Of a stretch of DNA of 64,000 bases, positions 10,375 to 23,244 are shown in pieces; within the stretch, counting starts at the first letter, position 1; the number at the start of each line of letters is the position of its first letter. A program made the translations under genes and the position numbers. This stretch comes from Octopus sinensis (lineage: Eukaryota): NCBI RefSeq assembly GCF_006345805.1, contig NC_043001.1, positions 115,444,001 through 115,508,000 on the forward strand, in the 5' to 3' direction. The notes below the pieces were generated by a model that ran no database searches, was not told the origin of the DNA, and saw only the letters and a program-made list of their open reading frames with translations.

Positions 10375-13300
10375 ATGATCAAGATTGGTTGTGTAAATGC
10401 GCGTGGCTTGGGGTCCCCTTGGAAACAAGGGTACCTCTTAAATGACATAAAGTCACATAAGTTAGAAATCATAGCCATAAGTGAGACTAGACTCCACAAT
10501 CCGTGGGCCCTAAAGACCATGTTTGGCGGACAGTTCAACATTTATTTTTCCCCCTGTCTGCCGAGAATGGGCGGTAGTGGCACCGCGGTACTTTTTCGCA
10601 AGAGTCTGGATCTCAAAGTAAGGACAATATTCGTAGACCCGGAGGGTAGACTGGTCGTCCTGGATGTCGACGGCAGCAATGGGTGCGCTTTTCGACTCGT
10701 ATCAGTCTACGCACCGCCCTTAAGAGGTCGGGCGGATTTCTTTCAACGTCTAGAAGTATTCTTGGGAACGTCTCGTCCTTTACTCTTAGTGGGGGATTGG
10801 AATGCTACCTTGGACACGCATGTAGACTACGTGGGTAGAGATAGGAATAGACGGGGATGCAAATGCCTCAGAGACCTGCTCAGACGCTTTCAACTATCTG
10901 ACAGGTTCCGACTAGACCATCCGAATGCGCCAACGTGGGCATGGAGCAACCGCATCGGGTCGTCGAGATCGTATCTAGATAGGATACTGTGTAGGACAGT
11001 AGACAGAGATAGCATAGGATGTCCACAATTCCACACAGTCAGCTACACGGATCACAAACTTGTGACATGTACGCTAGACTTAGGTAAGACACTTAGGCAG
11101 GGTCCCGGATACTGGAAATTAAACGCGTCTTTCCCATCGAGACAGGTTTTCAGAGACCGGATTAGCACACTAGTAAAGAGGGCTTTGACGGGAACCATCA
11201 TCAACAACAAATGGTGGTTTGCCCTCAAGAGAGCAGTAAAAGCAGAAGCGATTAGGTACAGCAAAGCACTAGCCATAGATAGAAATAGAGTAGAGGGTGA
11301 GCTAGTTAAGAAGCTAGAAGAGGCAATTAGAAGCGGCATCGCATCCGACGTTTTGGCGGCGAGGTTGGCCCTCGACCAACACTTCAACGCCAAACACGAA
11401 GGATGTGCTGTCAGAGCTAGGATCCGTGCTCTAAGGAACGAAGGTGTTGGAGCCGCGAGAGAGGCCCGGGTGGCAGAGGCGCAACAGGGCAACAAAACCA
11501 CCATTCGATCACTGGTAGATGAACAGGGGCGCGAATTGCTCGAGCCAAGTAAAATGTGTGAGGCCTTTCAGCAGCATTTTGCCCGACTGTTCGGGACGAG
11601 TGGAGGGCAAGAACGTAGGGTAGACTTCAGTGCCTACCTACATAGCCTGCCACGACTCTCGACAAGAAAGGCAGGGTGCTGCGAAGGTGCCATCACGGCG
11701 GCGGAAGTGCGGGAAGCGATAGCAGAATGCTCGAGGGACAAATCACCGGGTTTGGATGGTCTACCCTACGAATTTTACTATTGTATGCCAGACTTGTTTG
11801 GAGACGTCTTGGCAGCGGTATACTGCAACTGGCAGCAAAACGGGAGCATACCCGGTTTTGTGAGTCGAGGAGCTGTAACTCTGCTGAAGAAAGATCCAAA
11901 CAAGGGAAACATTATAGATAACTTTAGGCCAATCACTCTGCTCAATGCAGACCTGAAAATTTTGACAAAGGTGTTAGCCAAGAGGTTGGCGCTTGTCATG
12001 GAGAAACTGGTCGACAACGCACAAACGTGCGCCGTGCCGGGCCGGAGCATCCATGACAACCTCCATCTGATGCGCTACATCATAGACAGGGTAGTTAACG
12101 AACCTGGCATGGGTGGGGCCTTGATCAACTTGGATCAATCGAAAGCCTTTGATAGGGTAGACCATCGATACTTGGAGGCAGTCCTGAGAGCGGCTGGTTT
12201 CGGTCCCGTCTTCCGCGGCTGGATAGCTGCCTTGTACAGAGGCATCCGTTCGGTAATTCGCGTAAATGGACATCTATCGAGACCCTTCGACATTGCACGT
12301 TCGGTCCGTCAGGGATGCCCCCTCTCGGCGCTTCTATACGTATTGACTCTTGAGCCACTACTGCGGAAGCTGGCGACTCTGAGGGGCATCCCGCGAGAAT
12401 TAGGATGCGGGACGAGCGTGTCTGCATACGCGGACGACGTCACCGTCATAGTGTCAAGCCACGAGCACATCGAGCGGGTCGGCGAGACACTGAAAGACTA
12501 CGAAGCGGTGACAGGAGCAAAAATCAACCGGGAAAAGTCAGTGGGCTTGCGGCTCGGCACCTGGAGAAGCAAGCCCATGCCGTCCACCAGTACCTCCGTC
12601 GTGGGACGCTGGACAGACGGCCCGGTTGAGTTGCTCGGGGTCTGGTTCGGTCCGGACCTCCAAATGGAGAAGAACTGGAACGAGATAACGAGTAGGGTGG
12701 TCACTCTCGCCCAGCAATGGGCCGAGAGGAAACTGTCCCTAAAAGGTCGGGCGGAGGTGGTGAACGCGTACATCGCGTCCATCATCTACTACCGCCTGAC
12801 CGTCGTACCTTGTCCCGACCCTACCATCACCAAACTAGAACGCATCCTCTTCCGCTTCTTGTGGAAAGGATGCGTCCGATGGTCAGGCGATCCATTTGCT
12901 GTCAACACCCATTAAAAGGAGGGCTGGGCATGCCGTGGTTGATGATGCGCAGACACGCGCTGAGACTGCGACATCTCCGGCTCTATGTAGACGACGGTGA
13001 ACAGGTGTGGTCGCCGTTTGTGAGGCACGCATTCCCGCAACTCGTCTCCATGACCGAACTACAGTCGTGGATCAAAAAGAGGCCGAAGAAGGGCGAATGG
13101 CACCGCGAGTGTCGCGTTGCTCTCAAGCAACTCTGCCGTCCCGGGTCGACCTTCAGTGACTTCAACACAACCAAAGCATTCTATAGGGGATTAGTGGAGG
13201 GGAGGTACGACGACGAGCTCGGGGCAACCTGGGCGTCGACGAGGAATACCTGACCCGCCTGTTTCAAACGACTTTCGGCCCGGGACCTATGGACAACTTC

Positions 13301-14190
13301 CAGAGATCCCTGGCCTGGCGGTGCTACCGAGAAGCGCTACCCGTTCGGGATAAGCTCTATAGGCATGGCTCGAGAAACACGGGGCCGACCTGCCCGAGAT
13401 GCGGGCAGAGCGACGAAACCGCTCTGCACGCAATCGTGCAGTGTCCAGCAATTTCCCACCTGTGGGCTTATGTCAAACGACTGCTGTCACGTGTGGGACG
13501 TGTCGGTTTATCAGCCGAGTCTATCGTTAATATCGTCACGCCTCCTTCCTTCAAACGGGAAGGAAGAGCTATTTTTATCATACTTGTGGCTATGGCGAAA
13601 GAATGTATCTGGTGGACGCGTCTGAAAGGATTAGAGACAAACACTTTCCTCTCTGGTCAATCTCTCATCAACTTCTTCAAGTATCACTTGAAGAAAAAAG
13701 TGAGAGTAGAGAGGCAAGTTTTGTCTAGTGAATGTTTTAAAAAAAGATGGGTGAATGTAGCAAGGATGGCACGTATGAATGACGAAGCCACCTTGACTAT
13801 GATTCTATGAACCGTAAAAATTAATACAGAGAGTTGCTTATTTGCAAAAAAAAAAAAAAAAAAGAAATATAACATGTGACTTCATTGACCGAGGTTACCG
13901 TGGTCTTTTCCGTAGGCTTTTCTTTCCACGGGTAAACCTCACCTGTCCTCCCCTTTACACTTCATATTGACATTTCTGTGATAACGATCCCTATTGATCA
14001 ATTTTTTTCCTCTCCCCCTTTTTTTTACCCCCCCTTTTTTTGTCCTCTTTCTCTCCTTTTACGATCCCTTTTGATCGACCCCCCCTTTTTTATTTTATTT
14101 TATTTTTTTTTTTTTAAACCTTCAAAAGAAAAGCTCTACCTTGTAATTTGTTCTATCTGTGTGCAGCCCTGTGTGGCTAATAAAGAAACA
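10375..14190 (+). mobile_element. Tx1/L1-clade LINE: complete ORF2 (APE, RT, zf-RVT) with two 1-bp frameshifts, plus 3' UTR; no ORF1
   Basis: APE motifs NARGL, ISET, GDWN, LDRI, TDH. RT motifs SPGLDG, FRPITLLN, DQSKAFD, RQGCPLS, YADD. Zinc finger CPRC...HAIVQC. AATAAA at 14179, then (TATC)n. Confidence 0.95.
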
Positions 14191-14424
<234 letters not shown>

Positions 14425-15008
14425 TATATTCTTGAAAAATGGAAATTTTTTCACAATTTTTCCAGGATCCTCATCTTTCAATAAACAGAAAGAAAAAAAA
14501 TCCGGGAAAAGTGTAAAATTTAAGAGAGAGGGATGAATTTTTGAAATTTTATTTTCAGGATCGAATCCCCCCACCTGCTTCATTTTTTCACTTTTTCCAG
14601 AATTTTCTCTTCTTACTTATTTTTTTATTTTCTATTTTATTATTATTATTTTTGGGGTGGAGCCAAATACGTAAAAAATACAAAGATTTGAACTCTGATA
14701 ATAATTTTTCTTTTTAATTTTAACTCGTTAACCAGCCACATGTTTCCGGGTGGCACCTCGGGCAAGAGATTTGTTTCAGTCATTTACCTGTGGCCATGCT
14801 GGAGCGCTGCCATTAGTCGAGCAAATCGACACCAGGACTTTTTTTTTGTAAGCCTATTGCTTATTCTATCGGTCTTTATTTGCTGAACCGCTAAGTACGT
14901 TATGTTATCGTAGTTTCGTTAGCTTTGGCTGCTATTTCTAGCATATGGATAGCCTGCTTGAAGGCCTGAAGGGTATATATATATATATATTTATTTTTTT
15001 TATATATG

Positions 15009-15535
<527 letters not shown>

Positions 15536-15559
15536 ATTTCGAGAGTTATCTCCGCTTAC

Positions 15560-16040
15560 TTGCCATCTCCTATTCGAAATTAAATCTACTTCCGGCAACT
15601 TAAATCTACTCCAGATACGTTGCAACCGTTTAATGCTAAACTGAGGTAAGGCATTTTAATTTCATTTCGGGCCATGTAACGCTTGAATGAACATCCTTTC
15701 ATCTTAAACTCTGTCTGGGTGTCTATAAATTAATAATACGATATTAATTATCGTAAATGTGCGTGATCCAATTATGAGATCAGGAAAAATAATGTTTTTG
15801 GTTTTCGCTATGAAACTTACAAGGGCGTGGCCGCTTTGTGGCGGGAACAGAGATGGAGGTAACACCGAGTAGGGTCTCTGTTAAGTCAGCCTGAATTGGT
15901 AGGGTTTTCTGTATATGTTTTAACAAGGGTGGATTTCTCCGCTGTGGAAACTGGATACCATTTATTTAAGAAGAGTGGTCCTGCTGCGCGCACTCGTTTA
16001 CTCGCGCAACCGCGCTAGATAGACGTGATTAGTCGATCCG
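15560..16040. promoter_or_regulatory. Possible promoter / non-coding first-exon region
   Basis: Local CpG enrichment (gcgcgcactcg, cgcgcaaccgcg), ACTTCCGG motif near 15587, plus-strand donor GAG|GTAAGG at 15646. Motifs only, no transcript evidence. Confidence 0.25.
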
Positions 16041-16069
16041 GTTAAACTAAAGCGTTACACCATTCAAAG

Positions 16070-16430
16070 AAACAAAAAAAAATATGTGTAATAGGTGTAA
16101 AACAACTTCCTCTGAACGAATATGATGAAAAAAATGCGCGCACGCGAAAGGGGAGTGGAGGAGAGGCCTCGGAAAATTCACATCGGGAATTTCCGAAAGC
16201 GTCTGAGGGGCTGACCCGGGCACCAAAACAAAAAAAAATAGTGTAATATGTGTAAAACAACTTGCTCTAAACGAATATGACCAAAAAAATGCGCACTCGC
16301 GAAAGAGGGGTGGAGGAGAGGCTTCGGAAATTTCACATCGGGAATTTCCGAAAGCGTCTGACCCGCGCACAAAAAGGCTTCGGAAATTTCACATCTTCAG
16401 TCCACGGCCTGTAAAACTACTTGTTCTAAA
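16070..16430. repeat. 155-bp diverged tandem repeat (two full units plus partial third) with a palindromic core
   Basis: tgtaaaacaactt at 16096 and 16251; GGGAATTTCC at 16185 and 16340. Confidence 0.85.
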
Positions 16431-16909
16431 CGAGTATCAAGAACACACACTCACACATGAATCATAAACTCCGTATTTTTGTACATATTTCGCAAAAAAA
16501 AAAAAAATAAATAAAGAGAAGAAATTCTGGAAAAAGTGGAATGACTGAAACAAATGAAAGAATAAATGTAACTGTGAACACACACATATATATACACACA
16601 TATATATACACACACACACACACACATTTTGCCGCTCTGTGAGTTTATTTATTGAGTTATTCATCCTATATGCGTGTGTTTGTGTGTGTGTGTATAAATA
16701 TATTTATATGTACATATGTATTTGTGTATACGCGTGTGTGTATATACAATAGAAATCTCCATTACCTACTCCCCACCCCAATCATTCCACCTGTTTAATT
16801 AATTTCATTCCTTCTCTTCTCTTTTTCTGTGAGTTTTTCTTTTAATTCTTCACCACCCGACTCCCCTTTCAGACACCATTTTTAATGTGTTTATTCTTTT
16901 CTTTATCAG

Positions 16910-17044
16910 GTGAATCCTCGAGATGAATATGGTCAAACACCGCTGCACTTGGCCTGTGATCGGGGACACTTGCACACTGTCGAAATGTTGTTGGGTCACA
17001 ATGGCATTGATGTCACTGTGGTGGACAAAGATGGAGACACACCA
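16910..17044 (+). CDS. Ankyrin-repeat exon (truncated, fused to a SINE) of the ANK-RING-death domain gene
   Basis: Polypyrimidine tract and CAG acceptor; VNPRDEYGQTPLHLACDRGHLHTVEMLLGHNGIDVTVVDKDGDTP; no native donor remains. Confidence 0.8.
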
Positions 17045-17174
17045 AATCCATTTACAAGGCTTTGGTCGGCCCGAGGCTATAGTAGAAGACACTTGCCCAA
17101 GGTGCCACGCAGTGGGACTGAACCCGGAACCATGTGGTTGGTAAGCAAGATACTTACCACACAGCCACTCCTAC
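17041..17174 (-). mobile_element. SINE family A head fragment (remainder at 17894-17897)
   Basis: Matches other family A copies (aaggctttggtcggcccgaggctatagtagaagacacttgcccaaggtgcc). Confidence 0.88.
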
Positions 17175-17882
17175 AATCTCTTGAACAAGCCTCAAATTGT
17201 GTAGGTCTTTACCTCAATGAGGCCAAAACTGAATACATAAACAAGTGCCTGTCCAACAGTGATTGCATCATCCACACTCTCAACAGTGCACCTTTAAATA
17301 TGGTTTCTGATTACAAATATCTTGGGTCATACATATCATCATCTGGAAAAGACTTTCTAACTAGAAAGGGTATGGCCTGGTCAGCCTGTAATGACATGCA
17401 TAAGATCTGGTCATCAAATCTAAGTAGAGACTTCAAACTTGAAATCTTCAAAGCCACAGTCGAACCAATTCTACTATATGGCTCAGAAACCTGGACGTTA
17501 TCAAAGAAGCTTGAGAGGCGGTTGGATGGAACCTACACTTGCTGCCTTATGAGAGCTCAAAATCTCTCGTGGAAGCGCCATCCAACCAAAATGCAAATAT
17601 ATGGGAAACTACCACCTGTGTCATCTCTTGTGAAAGGTAGGAGAGTCCAGTTTGCTGGACATTGTTGTAGAGCTGAAAAAGAAGTAATTTCTACTCTTCT
17701 CCTCTGGAAGCCATCTACTCGCAACACCAGAGGGCGCACACTCTCCTACCCTGATGTAATCTCCAGGGATACAGGCATCCAGCAACAGGACCTCCGTAAT
17801 GCTATGATGGACCGTGAAGTCTGGCGCAACATGGTAAATTCCATTGTCTCGACCACGGTCGAACAACAATGATGTTGATGAT
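17175..17882 (+). mobile_element. 5'-truncated RTE LINE with an 11-bp TSD
   Basis: YKYLGS, LLYGSETW, FAGHC and GRTLSY motifs; (TGA)-like tail; GCCACTCCTAC at 17164-17174 and 17883-17893. Confidence 0.9.
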
Positions 17883-19103
17883 GCCACTCCTACGCCTAAT
17901 TACATTTGTTTTCTTTAATGACCTAATAACTATTATCTCAGGCTGTGTGATGTTTGTTCTTTTCATGTTTTTCTTTCCTCATCCATTAATTTCTGACGGT
18001 AGTGTATGGTGTTGTGTCTCTATTGCTGAACCAGGTTAGTTAATAAATACATATTATATACACTCTCCAGTATTTTATTGATCTGTATAATATAAATATT
18101 ATCAAGGTACCAGTAAAATAATGGGGATAGATTTAATCACATGTACTGAAAAAACCCTTGTGTTTGTGGAGGAATTGTATATTGATCATGTTGATGTTGA
18201 TATTAGCGGTGTGGACAGTCCAACTGACCACCACCACTGATAATAATACCTTTAATGTTCAAATGAAACAAGGTCATTATGAGATGAACCAAAATATAAC
18301 AGACATCAGGTATATATATGTATATATATATATTAATTGTTTTAGGCATCTGACTGTGGCCATGCTGGGGCATCACCTTGAATTTTTAGTCAAATGTATC
18401 GATCCCAGTACTTTTTTATTTTAAGCATATCACTTATCCTCTCAGCCTATTTGCTGAACCTCTACATACACACACAGACACACACACACACACACGCTCA
18501 CACACACACACATACATAGGCACACACATAGACAAACACCTGTTATGAAGCTTCTTTCAGTTTTCATTTACCAAATCCACTAATAAGATTTTTTTCAGCC
18601 CTAGGTAAGAGTAGAATATACTTGCCTGAGTTTCCATGCGGAGGGATTCAACGTGGAAGAGTGTATTGTTGGGGAAAAAGCTCTTTACACTACAACCATA
18701 TATGGATGTGTGTGTCCATCTATTTCTATCTATCTATCTAACTATATATATATATATATACAGATCATCATCATCATCATACTTGCTTGGCTCAGAGAGA
18801 TTTTCTTGAGGCAGATTTTCCGCAGCTGGATGCTCTCCCTATCGCCAACCCTCTCCTCTTCTTTCCAAGGAAGCTAACATTTGCCAAGAACTAGACATGT
18901 TCCCGCAGAATGTTGGAAATAAGAGACCCTGCTTATATGACATTGGAACTCATTTACAACTATCACACACATGTCAAGACAAAAATACACTCACACACAC
19001 ATATAACACATACACACATGTATACGCACACACATCCAAGATGAATACTCATATATATATACATACACACACAAAGATGTCTGTGTGTGTCTGTGCGTAT
19101 ATA

Positions 19104-19440
19104 TCATCATCATCATCATCATCATCATTTAGCGTCCGCTTTCCATGCTAGCATGGGTTGGACGGTTCAACTGGGGTCTGGGAAGCCTGAAGGCTGCACC
19201 AGGCCCAGTCTGATCTGGCAGTGTTTCTACGGCTGGATGCCCTTCCTAACGACAACCACTCCGTGAGTGTAGTGGGTGCTTTTTACGTGCCACCTGCACA
19301 GGTGCCAGACGGGGCTGGCAAACGACCACGGACGGATGGTGCCTTTTACGTGCCACCGGCACAGGGGCCAGGCAAGGCTGGCAATGGCTACGATCGGATG
19401 GTGCTTTTTACATGCCACCGGCATGGAGGCCAGTCGGGGC
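19104..19440 (-). mobile_element. SINE/RTE-like family B with (GAT)n tail
   Basis: Shared core ggctggatgcccttcctaacg. Other copies at ~22535-22675, 25148-25350, 61465-61685, 62330-62665, 63690-63900; degenerate copies at 18770-18900 and 41506-41680. Confidence 0.75.
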
Positions 19441-19441
19441 G

Positions 19442-19680
19442 GTGATAGGAAATGAGAACCGGATTATCTATCACAATGTGAAGTACAATCAATCATGGGG
19501 AAAGTAAGGCAAATGACGACAAACAACTTCCAAAGCAGGACTTCACCTGATGAAGGTTATGCTTTCAATTTGGTGGGATTGTAAGGGTGTTGTCTTTGAC
19601 AAGCTCCTCTCTAGACAGGACCATAAATTCAGATATGTACTGTGACCAACTGGACAAATTAAATACAGCAATCTACCAGA
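19442..19680 (+). mobile_element. Degenerate mariner transposase fragment
   Basis: Hand translation GNENRIIYHNVK...KAGLHLMKVMLSIWWDCKGV...TINSDMYCDQLDKLNTAI matches the mariner catalytic-region pattern (GDEKW, LHPKKVML, WWD, TINS). Contains stops and a frameshift. Confidence 0.85.
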
Positions 19681-20995
19681 TAATTGAGTTGGTGTTGAAA
19701 ACCTCTGATTTCTTATAAATCACTGTCAATGTTTAGACCACTCTTAGTTTGGTGATTCCAACACATTTTCCATAGGTATATGAAAGCAAGTTTTATGCCT
19801 GGTGGTTCCAAAAGTATATGCGCTCTCCTTGTTAGGGATACATTAAAATTGTCAAACAAACATTATTAATGGTGTGTGTGGTGGGTATTTTTGTTCATTT
19901 TTATCCACTGTCATTGGTAAGGAATATTACTTAGTAAGGAGCATTGGGGATGAGGAATTGAGGCAAAAGGCTGATAGACCAAAAAGTTAATGATTCAGGA
20001 TTTAGAGGCTCCTCTTCTATTCATAGCTAGAATAGAGGTAGAACCATCTTGAATCTGATAGGGGAAGTAGAGTGAGATTGCTATAGTTACTGTAGAATTT
20101 TAAAATTTGGTTAGTATATTAATGGGAATTAAAAAGAAAAACATTTTTTTAGTGGATGTTGATTCTTGAAACAAAGGTTGTATGTAGTCCTTGGAGCAGG
20201 AGAATCAGAACTTTCCTCCAATTGATGGATAGTTCTTTTTTCTCTTTAAGTTGAGGTGAAAATGGGAATTGTTGAAAATGAAATCTCGACATAAGTAAAT
20301 GGACACTAGATACAATCAGTGCAAAGTGATACTAAGTCACTGTGTTGGAACGCCAGTGCAATATATTGTGATGGTTTCTGGATTCAGTTCCTATTTTGCT
20401 TCTAAGTTTATCGCCATGTTATTCCAACGTTTCAGCTGGCTAACTCAAGAATTATGGGATTGCTCTTACTCATATATGTATGGATATATACATACATACA
20501 CATATATATATATATATGCAGATATATATATATATATCTGTGTGTGTGTGTCTATGCCTAGGAATATGTATATATTTATACACACACACATTTATATACA
20601 TATAAAGTAAGAAAGTATAAGATGAATATATTTCTTTCACCAGTTACATCGTTTCACAGAAATTTTTGTGTATGATAAATCCTTTTACATATCTGCATTA
20701 GTGTATAGGTTATAAATCATACAGTGCCATCGTACAATTTACAAAGTAAAACAGGTATAAATGACTAGCACCTCAGTTCATAGAATATCATGTTTACATC
20801 CATTCTTCAATGCAATATACATATACAAGAACAAAATTTTATTTTCAAAATATTAATGTATGGAAGACAATAATTTACAAAACAGTTTTTTATAGAAGAG
20901 AGAAGGAGATTTAGTAAGATATCAAAAAGGAAGCAGTAAATATACATACATGCATATATACTTATATATATATATACTTATACATATGTATGTAT

Positions 20996-21511
20996 GTATA
21001 TTAAAAATTGGGGTGGTTTATGGGATTACCCTTGGTTTCTCATTCATAAAGGGTTTAGCTTTGTACCGTCTCATAAGACCCCAAAACCTCTTCAAAATAT
21101 GGAAGGGTAAAAGCCTTGGATTTACGTTTTCTGCAAACGATCCTTTTCAGCTCCCTGGCAAGAGATTATCCCAGTGACCATGTGGTTCCTGTTAAATAGC
21201 TCACCATTGAATCGTTTCCACATATTCACTGAAACCATGGGTCTCCCATAAATATGAAAGAATTTGACCTCGGATACTCCAGCAATAACATCCCCACGTC
21301 ATCCAACGAACTATACACCCGTATGCAGCTGGAAAAGCTATTGGACGTGATTAGGCGTATGAGGTGAAGGGCTTTTCCACCCTCCATATTTGGAAGAGGT
21401 CTTAGGCCAACAGGTTTTGGGGTCTAATGATACGCCATGAAGCTAAATCCTTTTTGGACCGGAAACCAAGGGTAATCCCGGAAACTGGCCTTCCCCAGTT
21501 TTAAAATATAC
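20996..21511. mobile_element. MITE-like element with long imperfect terminal inverted repeats
   Basis: 20996-21115 pairs with 21370-21511 (e.g. gggattacccttggtttc / gaaaccaagggtaatccc; agaccccaaaacct / aggttttggggtct). Confidence 0.75.
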
Positions 21512-22202
21512 ACTGCTCTACATCTTAGAGTGTGCTTCTTCTCTGGATTTATCTTTTCTATAAACAAAACATATATATACATAGATATGTCATTATTCAG
21601 TTTATTTGAAGGTATATTATTTTTCACTTTATATCAACATCCGCTGGACAGCTAATTTCCACAACTGTGCACAGTTTCTCTATGTATGTCTGCACGCACA
21701 CACACACACACACACACGTTGTGATATAATTGTCACTTAGTCTACCTCAGGAATTTCACGGTTTTTTGAGTTTTACTACAAATGGGGGATTGGGAAATGG
21801 AGCATTGACCCATTTTGCATTGGACCCTTGTGGGTTGGATACTGTATAATTGGATGTGTTGCATCATCCGGTGCGGATGCATCTCATCTGGTGTCTTGTT
21901 TTACAGAAGAAACCTCACTAAATATTCTCGGTTTCGCTTGGCATGTTGTTGCCAGGAGGTTGATGGCTATAATGCTATAATCCAAGAACCAACTGACAAC
22001 AACAACATACCAAGCGACACCGAGAACTCTCCCACCCGCAAGGAATCGATGCAACATGGGTCAAAAGCAATCGTTGTGATGAATAAATTTTCTCGTGAAC
22101 TTCATTTTACATATTCCTCATTCAACATATATATTTATATATCCAACAGTAATGTATATAAATCTCTCTCTCTCCCTATATATATATATATATATATATA
22201 TA

Positions 22203-22370
22203 TTAAGGCGGCGAGCTGGCAGAAACGTTAGCATGCTGGGCAAAATGCGTAGCTGTATTTCGCCTGCCGTTACGTTCTGAGTTCAAATTACACCGAGGTC
22301 GACTTTGCCTTTCATCCTTTCGGGGTCGATAAATTAAGTACTAGTTACGCACTGGGGTCGACGTTATCCG
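22203..22370 (+). mobile_element. tRNA-derived SINE with a Meta/Sauria-like core (another copy at ~32915-33040, minus strand)
   Basis: B-box-like gagttcaaat; core gcctttcatcctttcggggtcgataaattaagtac. Confidence 0.65.
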
Positions 22371-22422
22371 TTTGTCTGTCCTTATTTGTCCCCTCTGTGG
22401 TAGTCCCTTGTGGGTGGTAAAG

Positions 22423-22462
<40 letters not shown>

Positions 22463-23034
22463 GAGTGTGTCTCTGTGTATGTGTGTGTGCACGTGCATTA
22501 ATTTCAAGGTGGTGGACACTAACCACCTCAACAGTTTTATGAACCTCATAAGGAAGGGCATCCAGCCGTAGAAACACTGCCAGATTTGACTGGGCCTGAT
22601 GAAGCCTTCTGGCTTCACAGACCCCAGTAGAACCGTCCAACCCATGCTAGCATGGAAAACGGACGCTAAACGATAAACGAACGAACGATATTAATTATAG
22701 CAACATCAAAAGTATACTTTAGAAATTTTAATTCTTCTTTACTAGTCTTCATCTGTTAATCATGTGTTCACTCGTGTTCAGCTCCCCTAAAACTTACAAT
22801 AGTTAGGAATAAAGGTAGATTAAGCTGAAACAATCTCTTTAGGACATCTTAATCCTGTCTAGAACACATTCTCATAGCAACATCTAGAGGATCTTACGAA
22901 GGTTGATTTTACGGACAAACATCAAATGTACATGATCAGTTTGATCAAGTATACAGTAGAAGACAATAATGACACATTGATATCCATCCTGATTTTCATG
23001 TAAATTTTCATTTTCTATTTTTACTTCCACATAG

Positions 23035-23244
23035 CGTTCAGTTCAGTTGGATATTAAGAACAAAAAGAAAATGACACCATTCCTTGAAGCCGTTTCCCTG
23101 GGTTACCTCGGAATGACACACAAGCTAATAGCCCTGGGTGCAAGCATAAATGCTGTTGATGGTGAAGGTAACAGCTGTTTGCACATTACCGTTAGAACAG
23201 AAGTGTTTAATTCCGAGGATGCACCCTTGGATTTACTAAACGAA
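23035..23244 (+). CDS. Ankyrin-repeat exon
   Basis: TAG acceptor (alternative AGs at 23041 and 23046), GTAAGT donor at 23245, phase 0 at both ends; RSVQLDIKNKKKMTPFLEAV...GNSCLHITV...LLNE. Confidence 0.88.

Noticed and set aside
15780-15965. GC-richer stretch that might be an snRNA or other ncRNA
   Set aside because: No match to U1-U6, 7SK or RNase P/MRP motifs that I can recognise on either strand.
16070-16430. Palindromic direct repeats resembling a CRISPR array
   Set aside because: Eukaryotic context, only two to three units, and the intervening sequence is itself repeated rather than unique.
21780-22100. Coding-looking stretch between ankyrin exons, a possible missing exon
   Set aside because: No ankyrin motif or consistent splice sites in any frame; likely an unidentified TE remnant.
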